Below are positions 21,699-33,729 of a stretch of DNA of 64,000 nt, in pieces. Location of the stretch: positions 558,001 through 622,000 of the forward strand of contig JAKMXF010000033.1 in assembly GCA_024704765.1 (NCBI GenBank), in the 5' to 3' direction. The stretch's first letter is position 1. Every line of letters begins with the position of its first letter. The position numbers and the translations under genes were made by a program. The DNA comes from Oopsacas minuta. Lineage: Eukaryota > Animalia > Porifera. The notes beneath the pieces are model-generated. The model was not told the DNA's origin. It ran no database searches and was given only the letters and a program-made list of their open reading frames with translations.

Positions 21699-23633
21699 AT
21701 GGGGAAGAGATTATTGACTTCCTTTATCACAGGTATCCTGCTAGCGTGGGCTTGTTCATGTAGCCAAGCATTTCTAGTCTTCTTCCCGTCAGCTTATATA
21801 CTATTTGGAGGCTGGCCTATTGTGTGGCGAATCAAGCAAACTCTTCGGAGAGATCTACAACTAGCCGGGTTCTATTCGAAGCTAAGGAAAGCCGAACAGT
21901 TGAATAAAAAGAATAATGTAACTTACCATATGAAATGGCAAAAAACAGTCGACAAACAGCCGAACAAAGTAGCAATAAGATTCCAAGATGAAGAGTGGAC
22001 GTATATCCGTATTGTATCCCTAGCTAATAAAATAGCAAACTATCTATCCTCTAATTCCAATTTAGATGTTGGTGACACAGTTGCTCTGGTTGCAGAGAAC
22101 TGTCCTGAGTACATAGTTGTATTGCTAGCTCTTTCCAAGCTAGGCTGTCCCGCTGCACTTATAAACTTTAATCTCAGCGGTAAGCAGTTGTTACATACGA
22201 TTGAAATCTCATCCAGTAAGGTAGTAATCGTTACGAGCACTCTCAGTCATAATGTTAAGCAAATTGAAGGAGATTTGAACACAGACATAGTCTATTATTC
22301 CCTGAATAGAAAAGAGTGTGATTCAATTTACAAAGATATCATCCAACTCTGTCATGATTCTCCAGTTACATCACCAACAGGTAGAGACAGCAAAATAACT
22401 CCATTGTCAACTCTATGCTATATCTACACATCTGGAACAACTGGACTCCCAAAAGCCTGCATTATCACTCATGCTAAAGCTGTTACGATTGGAGTTGTAT
22501 TCAATATAATATCAGAAGCTGTTGAATCGGATATTTTCTATGTTACCCTGCCGTTGTACCACACAAGTGGTCTCATTATTGCCACAGGGACGGTGGTAAA
22601 TGCAGGATGTTCTATGTACCTCAAATCTAAATTTAGTGCTAGTGAATTCTGGGATGATTGCGTCATGCATAATTGTACAGTCATCATCTATATAGGCGAA
22701 TTATGTCGTTATCTCCTTTTACAGCCGAGTAGACCTTCTGATACGAATCATAGGGTTACAAGAGCAATCGGTAACGGACTTCGGACTGGAATATGGCAAG
22801 ATTTCAGAGACAGATTTCTGATCACCAGGATTCTAGAGGTGTATGGGTCAACTGAAGGTTTTTCTGGCCTAATGAACCTTGTATCTGAACCCGGTTATAT
22901 TGGTTATTTACCAATCTCTCTGAAGGATGTTCCCCTATTACGTGCATTATATAACCTTACGTTTGTGGCCAGAATAGATCCAGAGACAGGAGATATTGTC
23001 AGGGGAGCTGATGGACTATGTATTCGCTGTGAAGTCAATGAGTCAGGCGAGGCCCTTGGCATGGTCCGTGTGGGAGAGAAAAAGATGGTTATGTATCTAT
23101 CCCAAGAAGCTACGAAGAAAACTATGGTCAGGAACGTAGTCACTCATGGTGACTTATACTGTAGGACAGGCGATATTATGTCTGCTAATGAGCTAGGGTT
23201 CCTAACATTTCTGGATCGAAGAGGTGATACATTTCGTTGGAAAGGTGAAAATGTTAGTACAAGCGAAGTAGAATCTATCTTTGCAGCTATCATAGATCAT
23301 GATGACGTAATAGTTTATTCTGTAGCTATACCTGGTATCGAGGGTCGAGCTGGAATGGCAGCTATTGTTAAGAAGCACTTAGACTTGGACAATTTGTTAG
23401 ACAGCTTGAAAAGGGACCTACCTTCCTATTCTGTCCCTCTGTTTATTCGATTGATAGCTGCTCCTAAACTTACAGCTACATACAAGTATAGTAAAATCGG
23501 CTTAAAGAGAGAGGGCTTTGATATTAATACTATTACTGATCCGGTATTCTTTCTAGATCCCAGGTGTAAGAAGTATGTGCCTCTTGATAACGAGGTGTTT
23601 AGCTTACTGATGGAGAGAAAGTTGAGGTTATGA
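21699..23633 (+). CDS. Long-chain fatty acid transport protein / very-long-chain acyl-CoA synthetase (SLC27A/FATP family)
   Basis: AMP-binding motif YIYTSGTTGLPK, FATP motif GDLYCRTGDI...FLDRRGDTFRWKGENVSTSEVE, GIEGRAGMAAI, N-terminal TM segment. Confidence 0.95.
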   Translation: MGKRLLTSFITGILLAWACSCSQAFLVFFPSAYILFGGWPIVWRIKQTLRRDLQLAGFYSKLRKAEQLNKKNNVTYHMKWQKTVDKQPNKVAIRFQDEEWTYIRIVSLANKIANYLSSNSNLDVGDTVALVAENCPEYIVVLLALSKLGCPAALINFNLSGKQLLHTIEISSSKVVIVTSTLSHNVKQIEGDLNTDIVYYSLNRKECDSIYKDIIQLCHDSPVTSPTGRDSKITPLSTLCYIYTSGTTGLPKACIITHAKAVTIGVVFNIISEAVESDIFYVTLPLYHTSGLIIATGTVVNAGCSMYLKSKFSASEFWDDCVMHNCTVIIYIGELCRYLLLQPSRPSDTNHRVTRAIGNGLRTGIWQDFRDRFLITRILEVYGSTEGFSGLMNLVSEPGYIGYLPISLKDVPLLRALYNLTFVARIDPETGDIVRGADGLCIRCEVNESGEALGMVRVGEKKMVMYLSQEATKKTMVRNVVTHGDLYCRTGDIMSANELGFLTFLDRRGDTFRWKGENVSTSEVESIFAAIIDHDDVIVYSVAIPGIEGRAGMAAIVKKHLDLDNLLDSLKRDLPSYSVPLFIRLIAAPKLTATYKYSKIGLKREGFDINTITDPVFFLDPRCKKYVPLDNEVFSLLMERKLRL

Positions 23634-23958
23634 ATATGAGGTCTTTACGTATAACTATATGTATATGTATATATTCCCCTGTATAGTCAATAGTAACGAT
23701 CTATTTGATGATATTTTTAGATCTTCGATAACGTGATAGTGATATGAAAATTGTTGTAATAATATGGTTCTAACAATATCGAACACGGATATACCGAAAT
23801 ACCCGCTTGTATCGAAGTAATTTTCGCAGTCCCTTCAACTTGGATATAACAGGAGTTTACCGTATGTTGAACTCGTTTTGTGATATGTTTGTGTGGAATA
23901 CACAGCTTGAAATGCCAATTGATTGTTTGGTTGTTAGGTTGTTTGTCCAGTTGCCTGA

Positions 23959-26900
23959 ATGGATTATGAGCGTCAGATTGTGCTAGACACATTAGAGGGA
24001 AGCAGCCTTATCATCCTGGCTCGGGGCCTAGGAGTACATCGGTGTATGCTAAGCTTACTGAAACTCCATTGTGAGCCATCAGGGCTAGTCCTTGTCCTGA
24101 ATACATACCCCACAGAGGAGTACTACTTCATTGAGATGTTACAGAGAGATTATGTTACCATGGTACCAAGATCTGTGACCGGTGAATTTCTAGCTAAAGA
24201 CAGACAAGCTTTGTATTTGAAGGGAGGAGTTCTGTTCATATCTTCACAGATATTAGTCATGGATATTCTACGTAAATGCTGTCCTACTGACAAGGTAAAG
24301 TTAATGGAAAATTTCCCGTGATTTCAAATTTTCGCTTGGATAAGGGGTGAAATCCCTGGATAAACCGAGATTACGGGATTGTTACAAAGTAGGCTCTTCT
24401 CTCATCCCTAGATATCTGGTATAATGGTGTATCACGCTGATAAGATCACAGAACAAACTATAGAAGCGTTTATCCTCCGTCTCTACAGGGAGAGAAATAA
24501 GACTGGGTTTATACACGGACTATCTGACTGTTCAGACTCATTTGTAGGAGAACTATATCAAGTCGATCACGTCATGAAATGTCTCTTCGCAAGACATCTC
24601 CATCTATGGCCACGATTCCATGCCACAGTTAAAGATATCCTAGACCGTGTGAAGCCTGACGTAAGAGAGATACACGTGAGATTATCTGTTCATATGGAGC
24701 AGATACAATTCTCTCTTGTAGACCTTATTAAACTTACATTGGAACAGCTGGAAAAGAAAGTTCCTTCCATCTCATCATTTGATAAAACTCAGGTTAGAAA
24801 CTTTCACGTTATACACTAGTCTATTTATCAAATATGTACGTATCTATCTTACAGCTGACAGTAGAGTCTTGTTTGCTGCTAAATTTCGCTCAGTCAATTC
24901 GACTCCAGCTAGACAGTGTATGGACACAAGTAGGCCAGAAAGCTAAGTCTCTTATAGAAGATCTAACAACACTCCGTCGTCTGTTATTCTCTCTGTTACA
25001 GCATGATTGTGTAACCTTCTGGTCTCTCCTGAAGCAGATTAAGAGTGAGGTAGATTCAACAACAATTCACCAGTCATGTAGACATGAATGGTTATTCATG
25101 GAGCCAGCTGATACACTAATATCAGCTGCTAGAGACAGGGTGTATGGGGGAGAGCCTCACTTCTCTAAAGACACTGTTACTCTCTCAGAACTAGAGTTAG
25201 AGAACAATCCTAAGTGGTCTGTCCTAGCTGATATTATCTCTGTAGCTAGCGGAGAGCAGCACCCAGGTAGGTTAGTGCAGTGTCTACCTCTTATTACGTC
25301 ACTGAATTATAATTCCCCAAAGCCAATCAATATGCAGTCTGAGATAGGCTTTAAGAAATATTATACAAACCACTGCGAAACTTGTATGTTCAATTAACTA
25401 ATATAATATCTATCTACACATTCGTATACCCTCAAATCTGATAGGCCAGAAGTCAGAAAGTTTGAGAGATATCGCTTAGACATAGAATTTTCCAAATTTA
25501 AGGTTTATAGCTCTTTTTTAATATTCGATCCTAACATGATTCTCCCTTTTAGAATCTGCTCCTATTCTTGTGGTTGTTGATGACACTCAGACAGCAAACT
25601 ACCTTGAGTACTATCTAGAGGGAGAAGGTAGAGAGAGATTACTGGATCTGTATCATGATATGGTTAATACAATTAATCAAACAGATGAACATATCAATAG
25701 AAGGTTCTACAATTCTAGGAAGCACTATGTTCCTCCAGAGAAACGGCCTAAGCTATCACATCCTGTTAAGACCCTAGAGCAGTGCTTCTCTAAGTCAGCT
25801 GCTACAGAGGACAATGATAGTCCCTCTTCCCCTGGTATCTCCACTCCTTGTGTCAAACTTGTAACTCAACATAATCTGTTATATCCTCATCAAGCTGCTC
25901 AGCTGCTGGAGCAAACACGTCCTCATACTGTAGTGTTATATCACCCTGATTTATCCTGGGTGAGACAGCTAGAGTGCTACCAAGCTATACACCCAGACAT
26001 ACAGCTTACAGTAAGTTGTATAGTGGATTCCGGTTATAAGAACCCCTTGTGAGTAGCAATATAGGTTCTTATAACCGGCATATAATATACAGGAATACCG
26101 GGTGTTTCAAAAAAAACAGGCCCCAAAATCATGGAGCCATATTTCAGACGATTCTATGTATTCAGATATACCATTGATAACTAGTATAAATATACTACTT
26201 TTTAACAATATAACTAAGGGAAAAGGTTGAAATTACTGAAATACCCAACTTATAGCATATGTTCTAGGTGCCCGCCATTAACTTCCATGCATTTTCTTAG
26301 TCTTTTCACAAAATTCTTCATTACATCCATGCACACTGACTTTGGAATCTTTCCCATTTCATCCTTAATGGATATTTTTAGTTCTCTGATGTTCTGGGGT
26401 TTGTTAGCATATACTTTATCCTTCAAATAGCCCCAAAGATAGAAATCAGGGGGCTCAGGTCCGGGCTATGAGGGGCCCACTCAAAGGGGGTCAGTCGACT
26501 GATGATTCTGGTTCCAAAGTGGTTTTTAAGCCATTCCCTAGCAATTAATGAGGTATGGGCAGGGGCTCCATCCTGCTGGAACCATAATTTGGGTAGTAGA
26601 GAGGGGTAGAGTGATTCCACTTCTTTCCAGAACTCATTAAGCACCTTGACGTAGCGTTCCTTTGTCACAGTCACATTTCGACCATTTTCTTCGATGAAAA
26701 TAGGTCCAATGATGCCTCTCGCCCCAATAGCAGCCCACACGGTGCATCTTTCGGAATGTAAGGGCTTCTGAACTATCTCTGAAGGCTTCTGAGTACCCCA
26801 AAATACATTGTTCTTACTATTGACCCGCCCATCCAGCTCAAAATGAGCCTCATCCGAGGTGAAGAGAAGCCCAAGGAATGAGTCACAACTTTCAACTTTG

Positions 26901-28534
26901 GCGACCAATTTCTCAGCCATAGCTACCCTCTTGACCTTATCTACATTTGATAGCTTCTGGCCAGTTTGTATTCTATAGGGGAAAAAGGACAAATCTTGTT
27001 TCAAGACTCCAGAGGGTGGTAGGGGTGATACCAAGAGACTGGCTCCTCTTCCGGATTGACCTTTTTGGGCTGTTTCCAACTGCCTCCCTGACATCATCAA
27101 TAACCTCCGCAGTTCTCTTCCTAGGTCTCCCAGAATGAGTTGAACGCTTGGAATCCTTTGTATTTAGGTTTAGCACGGTCCCATAAGCCGTAAAATGGCT
27201 AACCCAGGATTGAATCACACTCTTACAGGGCGAGGAAGCTGCCTCAAACTTTGCATGAAATAACTCATTGACCGTCGTAAACGACCCATGTTTGAAGTAG
27301 AATTCGACACAGAATATGCGGTGTTCCAACTTCCAATTTGGCATGGATGTATTCACAGGAGTTGTTTCTGCCATATAGTGAAGAGAAAATATTGCTATAA
27401 TAGAATACCTGTACATAGAGAGAAAAAGATGTAACTGGGGCCTAATTTTTTGAAACACCCGGTATACGAGAACAGTTTTCCAGAGGATGGTGCATAGGTG
27501 CTTGTATCCTGTGTTCTTATATCCGGCATCTGCTTTATTAATTGCATTACATCATATGTTATACACTATTAGTTCAATAGGTCCATTTTATGATGTATAA
27601 AGACTCTATAGAAGAACAGCGGTTTTTGTCATCCCTCCGGAGAGAGAAGGAAGCATTTGAGTGTCTGGTTAAACAGAAGTCCCTCATGGTTATACCAGAA
27701 GACAGAGAGGGTAAGGACCCCTCATGTACCTACCTATCACGGGACCCTTCCGGTCCTATCCCTGAGATGTTCACGCACCTTTGTGGAGGGCGTAAGGACG
27801 AGACAGAACGGAGGATTATCGTAGACGTACGTGAGTTTAAGAGTATTTTACCAGCCCTTATACACAAGAGAGGGATTAATATAGAGCCTGTTACGCTTGA
27901 GGTAGGTGACTATATACTCTCTCCTGATATGTGTGTTGAAAGAAAGGCAGTAGCAGACTTAATACAATCCTTGAATTCAGGGAGATTATACAATCAGTGC
28001 ACTGCTATGTGTAGATACTACAGTAAACCTATACTGCTAATTGAAGCTAAAGAGGGAGAGTATCTATGTCTTGATAAAAATATACAAGGAACTAGTCAGG
28101 ATATAGCTGGTAAATTAGTACTGTTAACTTTACACTTCCCTAAGCTACGTATCGCATGGTGTGAAAATCCGTTAATGGCTGCTGAACTGATTGATAAGTT
28201 AAAGAAGCAAAAACCTGAGCCCAGTACTGAGACAGCACTAGGAATGGGATGTGATCTGGATCTATTCACAGGTGATAAGTACCTTGGAGGAGCAGGGGTA
28301 GAAGATTTCTTATTGAAGCTCCCTGGTGTGAAGTTTAGGAATTATAGATCTATACTGAGAGAAATCGAGAGTTTATCCCATTTAGCTTCTCTCAGTCAGC
28401 ATAAGATAATCAGTATTATAGGGGAAGAGGATGGTACCGCTCTCTGGACCTTCCTACACAAGGATGCCAGATTTGTTAGTGTAGAGGGCAAAGGTCAGAG
28501 TACACTGTCTCTTCATACAGATGTTAGAAACTGA
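23959..28534 (+). CDS. ERCC4: DNA repair endonuclease XPF; exons 23959-24294, 24412-24792, 24855-25266, 25553-26010, 27581-28534 (about 846 aa)
   Basis: XPF helicase-like N-terminus (FILRLYRERNKTGFI, HLWPRFHATV) and nuclease domain (IIVDVREF, GDYILS, VERKAVADLIQSL). All four GT-AG introns keep the frame (phases 0,0,1,0). Confidence 0.95.
26098..27462 (-). mobile_element. Tc1/mariner DNA transposon (DD41D, rosa/Visitor-like), 1365 bp, in XPF intron 4
   Basis: TIRs CCGGGTGTTTCAAAAAA...AGGCCCC at both ends. TA target-site duplication at 26096-26097 and 27463-27464. Internal transposase remnants. Confidence 0.93.
26250..27374 (-). pseudogene. Frameshifted DD41D transposase
   Basis: MAETT start, HTH region with SGRPR, FTSDEAHF, WFQQDGAPAH, WAPHSPDLSPL-(D)FYLWGYLK. 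Two frameshifts (about 27020 and about 26450). 41 residues between the 2nd and 3rd Asp after repairing the 1-nt deletion. Confidence 0.9.
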
Positions 28535-28684
28535 TAATATGATAATACTCTAATCAAGATATTATTAAATACTTCTGATGTTCATTTAATTATGCAACTA
28601 ATTTTACTCAGCATTCTAATATTAGTAGTTTAGGTACAATTAATGAAATTTGTTCTAAAATTAGCACAGATATTTGTATTTATA

Positions 28685-31388
28685 ATGGATAATTTCAAGC
28701 CAATTCCGATGGACTCCCTTACCCATCCTCTCCCTCCTGAGGGTGTAACATGTCCCCGTGCTACTCCAGACACCGGATATGATATATCTGAGTGGAGTGA
28801 GTTCTTGAGCATCCAGGACCTATGGAACGAAATGGGATTAAGAAATGAACCAGAACGCTTACAAACTAGGAGCCATAAGCTGAAGGATAACTGTCATCTC
28901 CTGTTGAATAATATACTCAGAGAAGAACAGAAGGTCATGCAACAGCTAAAGGAGAATATACATTCATTCACGTCAGAGGTCAGGTTATCAAATTTTCATT
29001 TCTTGTATAATTATGATGACGTAATAATTCGGTTATTTGTTTGCATATTGTCAAGACATTTGGCATATTGAGGTGTAACGGTGATTAAATTTTCGAATTT
29101 CGACCATGTATATTGATAGAGCAGTGACTAATAATGTGATTTATTGAAATTCCAAGAGGTGACAATTACGTCATAATTTCTCCATTGGAGTTAATTTTTT
29201 TCCACAATAATAATTGACGTCATTATATTTATATCAGTTTATATTTACAGATAACTCAGACATGCACACAACTAGCTATACCAAATCCTTCTGAGCTATC
29301 AGATGACAATCTAAGCTTGATACAGCGAGAGAGTGCATTACGTAAATCACTTGATCAGCTACGTCTGGTACGAGGAGAAAGAGAGAAGAGACAAGAGAGA
29401 TTACAGGAGATGGAGATTGCTATGTGTCTTGAGTTAGGAGATGAACCTACATTCTATCAAGGCCTTTCTGTTGCTATACAACAGAGTCCACATTTCTTGA
29501 TTAAAGAAGAACAACTGCAGGAATACAGACAGGAAGTAAGTAATTTAATCATATTTAACAAACGAAATTATTGATCCAAACTTTAGGTACAATTATTAGA
29601 ACACAAGCTTAATACACACAGAAACAAGTTTGTCAGTAATAGGAATAAAATGATAGAGCTATGGCGAGTAACTGGCCAAGAACCTCTCTCAGATTTTGAG
29701 AGTTTGGTTAGAGATAATAATAGAAAGGAATTAACACTGAGCTCTTCTACACTCGATAACATGCAGGAAGTAGTTACTAGATTGCGTTTAGTATTTGATG
29801 AGATTACTGAATTGAGTGAGGAGACTAAGAGAGATGTTATATGTCTATGGAGGAGATTAGAGACCCCTCAAGAGGAACAGGATGTTATTACCGATAAAAT
29901 TACAGAGGTGTCTGCTAAGGTAAGGCATTGTATGCTTGGGTGTCCCTTGACCGCGAGATTTCATGCGGGGGTACACATAATGTGTTAAAGTTGGTACTAT
30001 ACGTGAAACGGTTGGGGACGGCTGCAATAGCTTCCCATATGTTTTCTATTAATCGAATTATAGACATGCAGAATATTGATGAGTGAGAAGAATCGCTTGC
30101 TATCCATAAAACAAGAGAATATTGGTAAATTCATTCAAAAGACAAAGGAACTCCTTGAGGAGGCTTGGGATAGATGTTACCTTGGTCCCGCACAGCGTTA
30201 CAACATGTGTTCCCTGTTCTTCTCAGATCTACCCCCTGACGAGCCTGTATTAGAAGCCCTAGAGTCCTCTCTCAAGGCTGTGTATGACATGGAGAGGAGA
30301 TTTATGAGGTTGTATACTGTGGTTAGGAAGAGAGAAGTGTTATGGGAGAAGTTTATGGATCTACAGGAAAAGATGAATGATCCGAATAGACTCAATAATA
30401 GAGGAGGTAGTTAACTGTGAAGTGTGAATAATCTGTTCATTTATTGTATTACAGTCAACTGCCCTTATATCAACACGAATATACCGAAATACCGGGTTAT
30501 ATCGAAGTCTGAAGTTGTGCTAATATGGTCACAAATCTTCAAAGTAAATAATATTTCATCGGTCGTATCAGAGTAATTTCACAGTCAATTGAGCTTCGAT
30601 ACAACGAGATTTGAATGTACGTCGTCCTCGAATTATCGCCTCTTTCACTGTGGCTAGTAAATACATTCCTGCTATTACAGTATTCATTTATAGGAGGATT
30701 ATTGAAAGAAGCAAAAGAAAGGAATTCTCTTGAAAAGCGTATCCCAAATCTTGAGATAGAGATAAAAAAACTAACAACAGAGTACACAGAGGAAACAGGA
30801 AATACTTTCATATTACTAGACAAGGAGTATACTAGCGTTATAGCTGATCAATGGGCTGAACGTAAGAACACTCAGAAAGTACAGAAAGCCAGCAGACAAC
30901 AAGCTAAAGCAGATCTCATAAAAACTGAGATGAAATTTGGTAGTACTCCTACTCCTAAGAAGGTTAACTTCAAACGACCTCGCCCTCTCGCTACTCCAAA
31001 AAATGCTAAGGTTATAGACGTTAAGCAGTCAAATGGATCTGCTAAGAAACTTTGTTTTGGATCTCCTCGCAAACCGATCACTCACTCAAGTCTATCAAGG
31101 ACAGGAGGTAAAGCTAAGAACATGCGTAGACGCATGTCACTCGCGAAACTCAGACACGCAGCTGGTGTTACTCGTACCCCCGTAAGCCCCCACGTGACTC
31201 ATACTCTCAGCTCTAAGGGCTCTCCTAATAGCACCACCAGGACAACCGATAAGAGTAACGAATCCGTCAATTTCCCTTCCTACACGGGACTAATTGAAGT
31301 GAATAATGCTAGCTACAATCAGTTCTCACAAGGAATAGACTTTAAAGCTCGCTCTTCATGTATACCCACTAATATAGACTTTAAGTAA
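28685..31388 (+). CDS. PRC1: Protein regulator of cytokinesis 1 (MAP65/Ase1 family); exons 28685-28978, 29251-29535, 29587-29919, 30064-30406, 30694-31388 (about 649 aa)
   Basis: Coiled-coil body, conserved DPNRLNNRGGGLLKEAKER motif, EMKFGSTP, basic tail. Four frame-preserving GT-AG introns. Confidence 0.9.
30452..30617. mobile_element. Pogo/Tigger-like MITE in PRC1 intron 4
   Basis: TA|CAGTCAACTGCCCTTATATC ... TTCGATACAACGAGATTTGAATG|TA. Shares termini with the 33879-34053 element and an internal motif with the remnant at about 23775-23862. Confidence 0.6.
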
Positions 31389-31824
31389 TGAACTAGATCG
31401 GATTTTTCTAGCTACACACATCAGGTACTTCAATAAAATTATGGGAACTATTGGACAATTGTTATTATTATTATTGCAATAACCATTCTACATCCTCCTA
31501 TATTATCAGTTGGTGTACTGACTACTGAGGGATGTTATACGATACAATAATTAGCCAATAATTACTGACTTTAATGACATACACCGGATCAATTACCCTC
31601 ATGCTAATTTACTGGATTCAGTCTGTCCCTTGTTTTCAACTAGTCAAAGACCGAGTGACGTATCTTACAGTCATACTACATCCATGATTTCATATGAGTG
31701 TGCTTATATTCCCTATAAGGAATATATAATTACAATATTATTACATACTAACCTTGTTCCATTTGTATTCAATTATAACAAATGAATATTTTGTTTGAAT
31801 TAATTAGAATATTTGAGGAATACC

Positions 31825-33549
31825 ATGGCTGATGAGCTAGTAAGCAAGATAGAAGGACTAAACATTACTGGTAAACCTCAGTCTACAGAGACAGGACTAG
31901 TTTATGACGAACTAATGCTTAAGCATGAGTCTCCAATAGAACACCCGGAATGCCCAGCTCGTATAAAACGTATCTACACTGCCATGGCTGAAGCAGGGTT
32001 AGTAGCTAGATGTAAGAGAGTACCTGTTAGAGAGGCGACTAGAGAAGAGCTACTCTCTGTACATGGAGAAGATTATCTTAACATTATGAGGAAATCAGAA
32101 GGCAAGAAACCATCAGATTTAGAATCCTCAGAGTTCGTATTCAACTCTATATACCTGACAGGACAATCTCACAAATGTGCTCTCCTGTCTGCTGGGGGAG
32201 TGGTAGATCTGACCCGTATGGTCTGGCAGGGAGACCTTGCTAATGGAATGGCAGTAGTACGTCCTCCTGGTCACCACGCGGAGAGAGACAATGCAATGGG
32301 TTTCTGTTTCTTCAACAATGTAGCAGTAGCAGCTGAGTTAGCAGTTCAGAAATGGGGTGCAAAACGTGTAGTCATATTTGATTGGGACGTACACCATGGT
32401 AATGGGTCTCAGACAATGTTTGAGGACAATAACAAGATCCTGTATATCAGTATGCATCGCTATATGAATGGGTGTTTCTACCCTCCTGGTAGAACAGGTG
32501 GACACACACACGTAGGAACTGGAAATGGAGCTGGCTATAACGTTAATATAGGATGGAATCATTATAACGTTACTGATGGTGACGTCATGGCTGCTATGCA
32601 TTTTGTATTGCTACCAGTGTTGTCTGAATTTGGACCTGATCTCGTTATAGTGTCAAGTGGATTTGATGCTGCTATTGGGGATCCTCTCGGAGGTTGTGCC
32701 CTCTCTCCTGAGGTGTTTGGATGGATGACACATATGCTTAAGCTGTATGCAGGTGGTAAGATAGTACTTGCTCTAGAAGGCGGTTATAACTTGAATAGTA
32801 TAAGTGAAGCTTCTATACAGTGTATGAAATCACTGTTAGGAGATATTCTACCTTCTCCTCCTCCTCTACAACCATGTTCTGAAGCAATACAGGCTATTTA
32901 TAAGACAATAGATGCCCTCTCTCCTTTCTGGATAAGTCTAGGTAGTCTCAAAACTCAAATAACCATGTTATCTGGTCTGGATTGTGCCAAGAGTCCTACC
33001 GGAGCAGAGAATCCCAGTCCTCGTACTCCTAGGTTTATACAGCAGCCCCCCACCAAGCCTTTAACACGATCAGCAGCTAAGGCAGCAGCTAAGACTACTC
33101 AAGATGATTCTAAACAACCACTCGGTACCATCGGTATTTTAGACTCCAGCCTAGATCCTCGTATGGATAGTATAGCATCTGCTGCACTAGCTCAAGGAGA
33201 AGAGAATGTTACCATGTATGCTGTACAACCTCTACCTACCTGTCCACATGTACTTGAATTGACCAAGATTAACCCAGATGAGCTAGAGATTGATCCCAAG
33301 GCTCCTTGCGCTGTATGCGAGCATACACCGGAGAACTGGATATGTTTACACTGCTATAAAGTATTATGTAGCCGCTATGTAAAGCAACATATGGTAGATC
33401 ATTTCAATGAAACTAACCATTGTTTAACTCTATCATTCTCTGATCTGTCTGTCTGGTGTTATGGATGTGATTACTATATCAACTCAAAGAATGTGGATCT
33501 CCATCCTTACGTGTCAGAACTGCATAAGGCTAAATTTGGACATTTGTGA
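31825..33549 (+). CDS. HDAC6: HDAC6-like class IIb deacetylase: one catalytic domain plus a C-terminal ZnF-UBP (BUZ)
   Basis: HPECPARI, VRPPGHHA, GFCFFNNVA, DWDVHHGNG, SSGFDAAIGDPLGG, LEGGY. ZnF-UBP CAVC...ENWICLHC...CSRY...HMVDH...LSFSDLSVWCYGCD. Confidence 0.9.
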   Translation: MADELVSKIEGLNITGKPQSTETGLVYDELMLKHESPIEHPECPARIKRIYTAMAEAGLVARCKRVPVREATREELLSVHGEDYLNIMRKSEGKKPSDLESSEFVFNSIYLTGQSHKCALLSAGGVVDLTRMVWQGDLANGMAVVRPPGHHAERDNAMGFCFFNNVAVAAELAVQKWGAKRVVIFDWDVHHGNGSQTMFEDNNKILYISMHRYMNGCFYPPGRTGGHTHVGTGNGAGYNVNIGWNHYNVTDGDVMAAMHFVLLPVLSEFGPDLVIVSSGFDAAIGDPLGGCALSPEVFGWMTHMLKLYAGGKIVLALEGGYNLNSISEASIQCMKSLLGDILPSPPPLQPCSEAIQAIYKTIDALSPFWISLGSLKTQITMLSGLDCAKSPTGAENPSPRTPRFIQQPPTKPLTRSAAKAAAKTTQDDSKQPLGTIGILDSSLDPRMDSIASAALAQGEENVTMYAVQPLPTCPHVLELTKINPDELEIDPKAPCAVCEHTPENWICLHCYKVLCSRYVKQHMVDHFNETNHCLTLSFSDLSVWCYGCDYYINSKNVDLHPYVSELHKAKFGHL

Positions 33550-33729
33550 GGATATTTATAGTAAAGTTTGTAGAATTGGATGTTAGTTACCCTCATGAAT
33601 TGTAGATTTATATTTAGTGTCCGTATGTTGTATTATAGATTATACTATTTGTATTGATATTGTTTTTGGGGGTTTTTCCCATTTCACACCCCATTGAATT
33701 TATTCACTTTTTGTTAGCTGTATTCAATA

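Larger units (their letters stand above)
26021..27534. mobile_element. Probable MITE interrupted by the Tc1/mariner insertion (nested element in XPF intron 4)
   Basis: Imperfect inverted ends AGTGGATTCCGGTTATAAGAAC (26022) and GTTCTTATATCCGGCATCTGCT (27513-27534) bracket the mariner. Confidence 0.5.

Noticed and set aside
28643-28684. Upstream ATG at 28643 (and the ATG at 33730 linked to the acceptor at 34056) as alternative gene models
   Set aside because: The 28643 extension is low-complexity AT-rich sequence, so 28685 was preferred, tentatively. The 34056 acceptor gives an immediate stop in the required phase, whereas 34090 keeps the frame.
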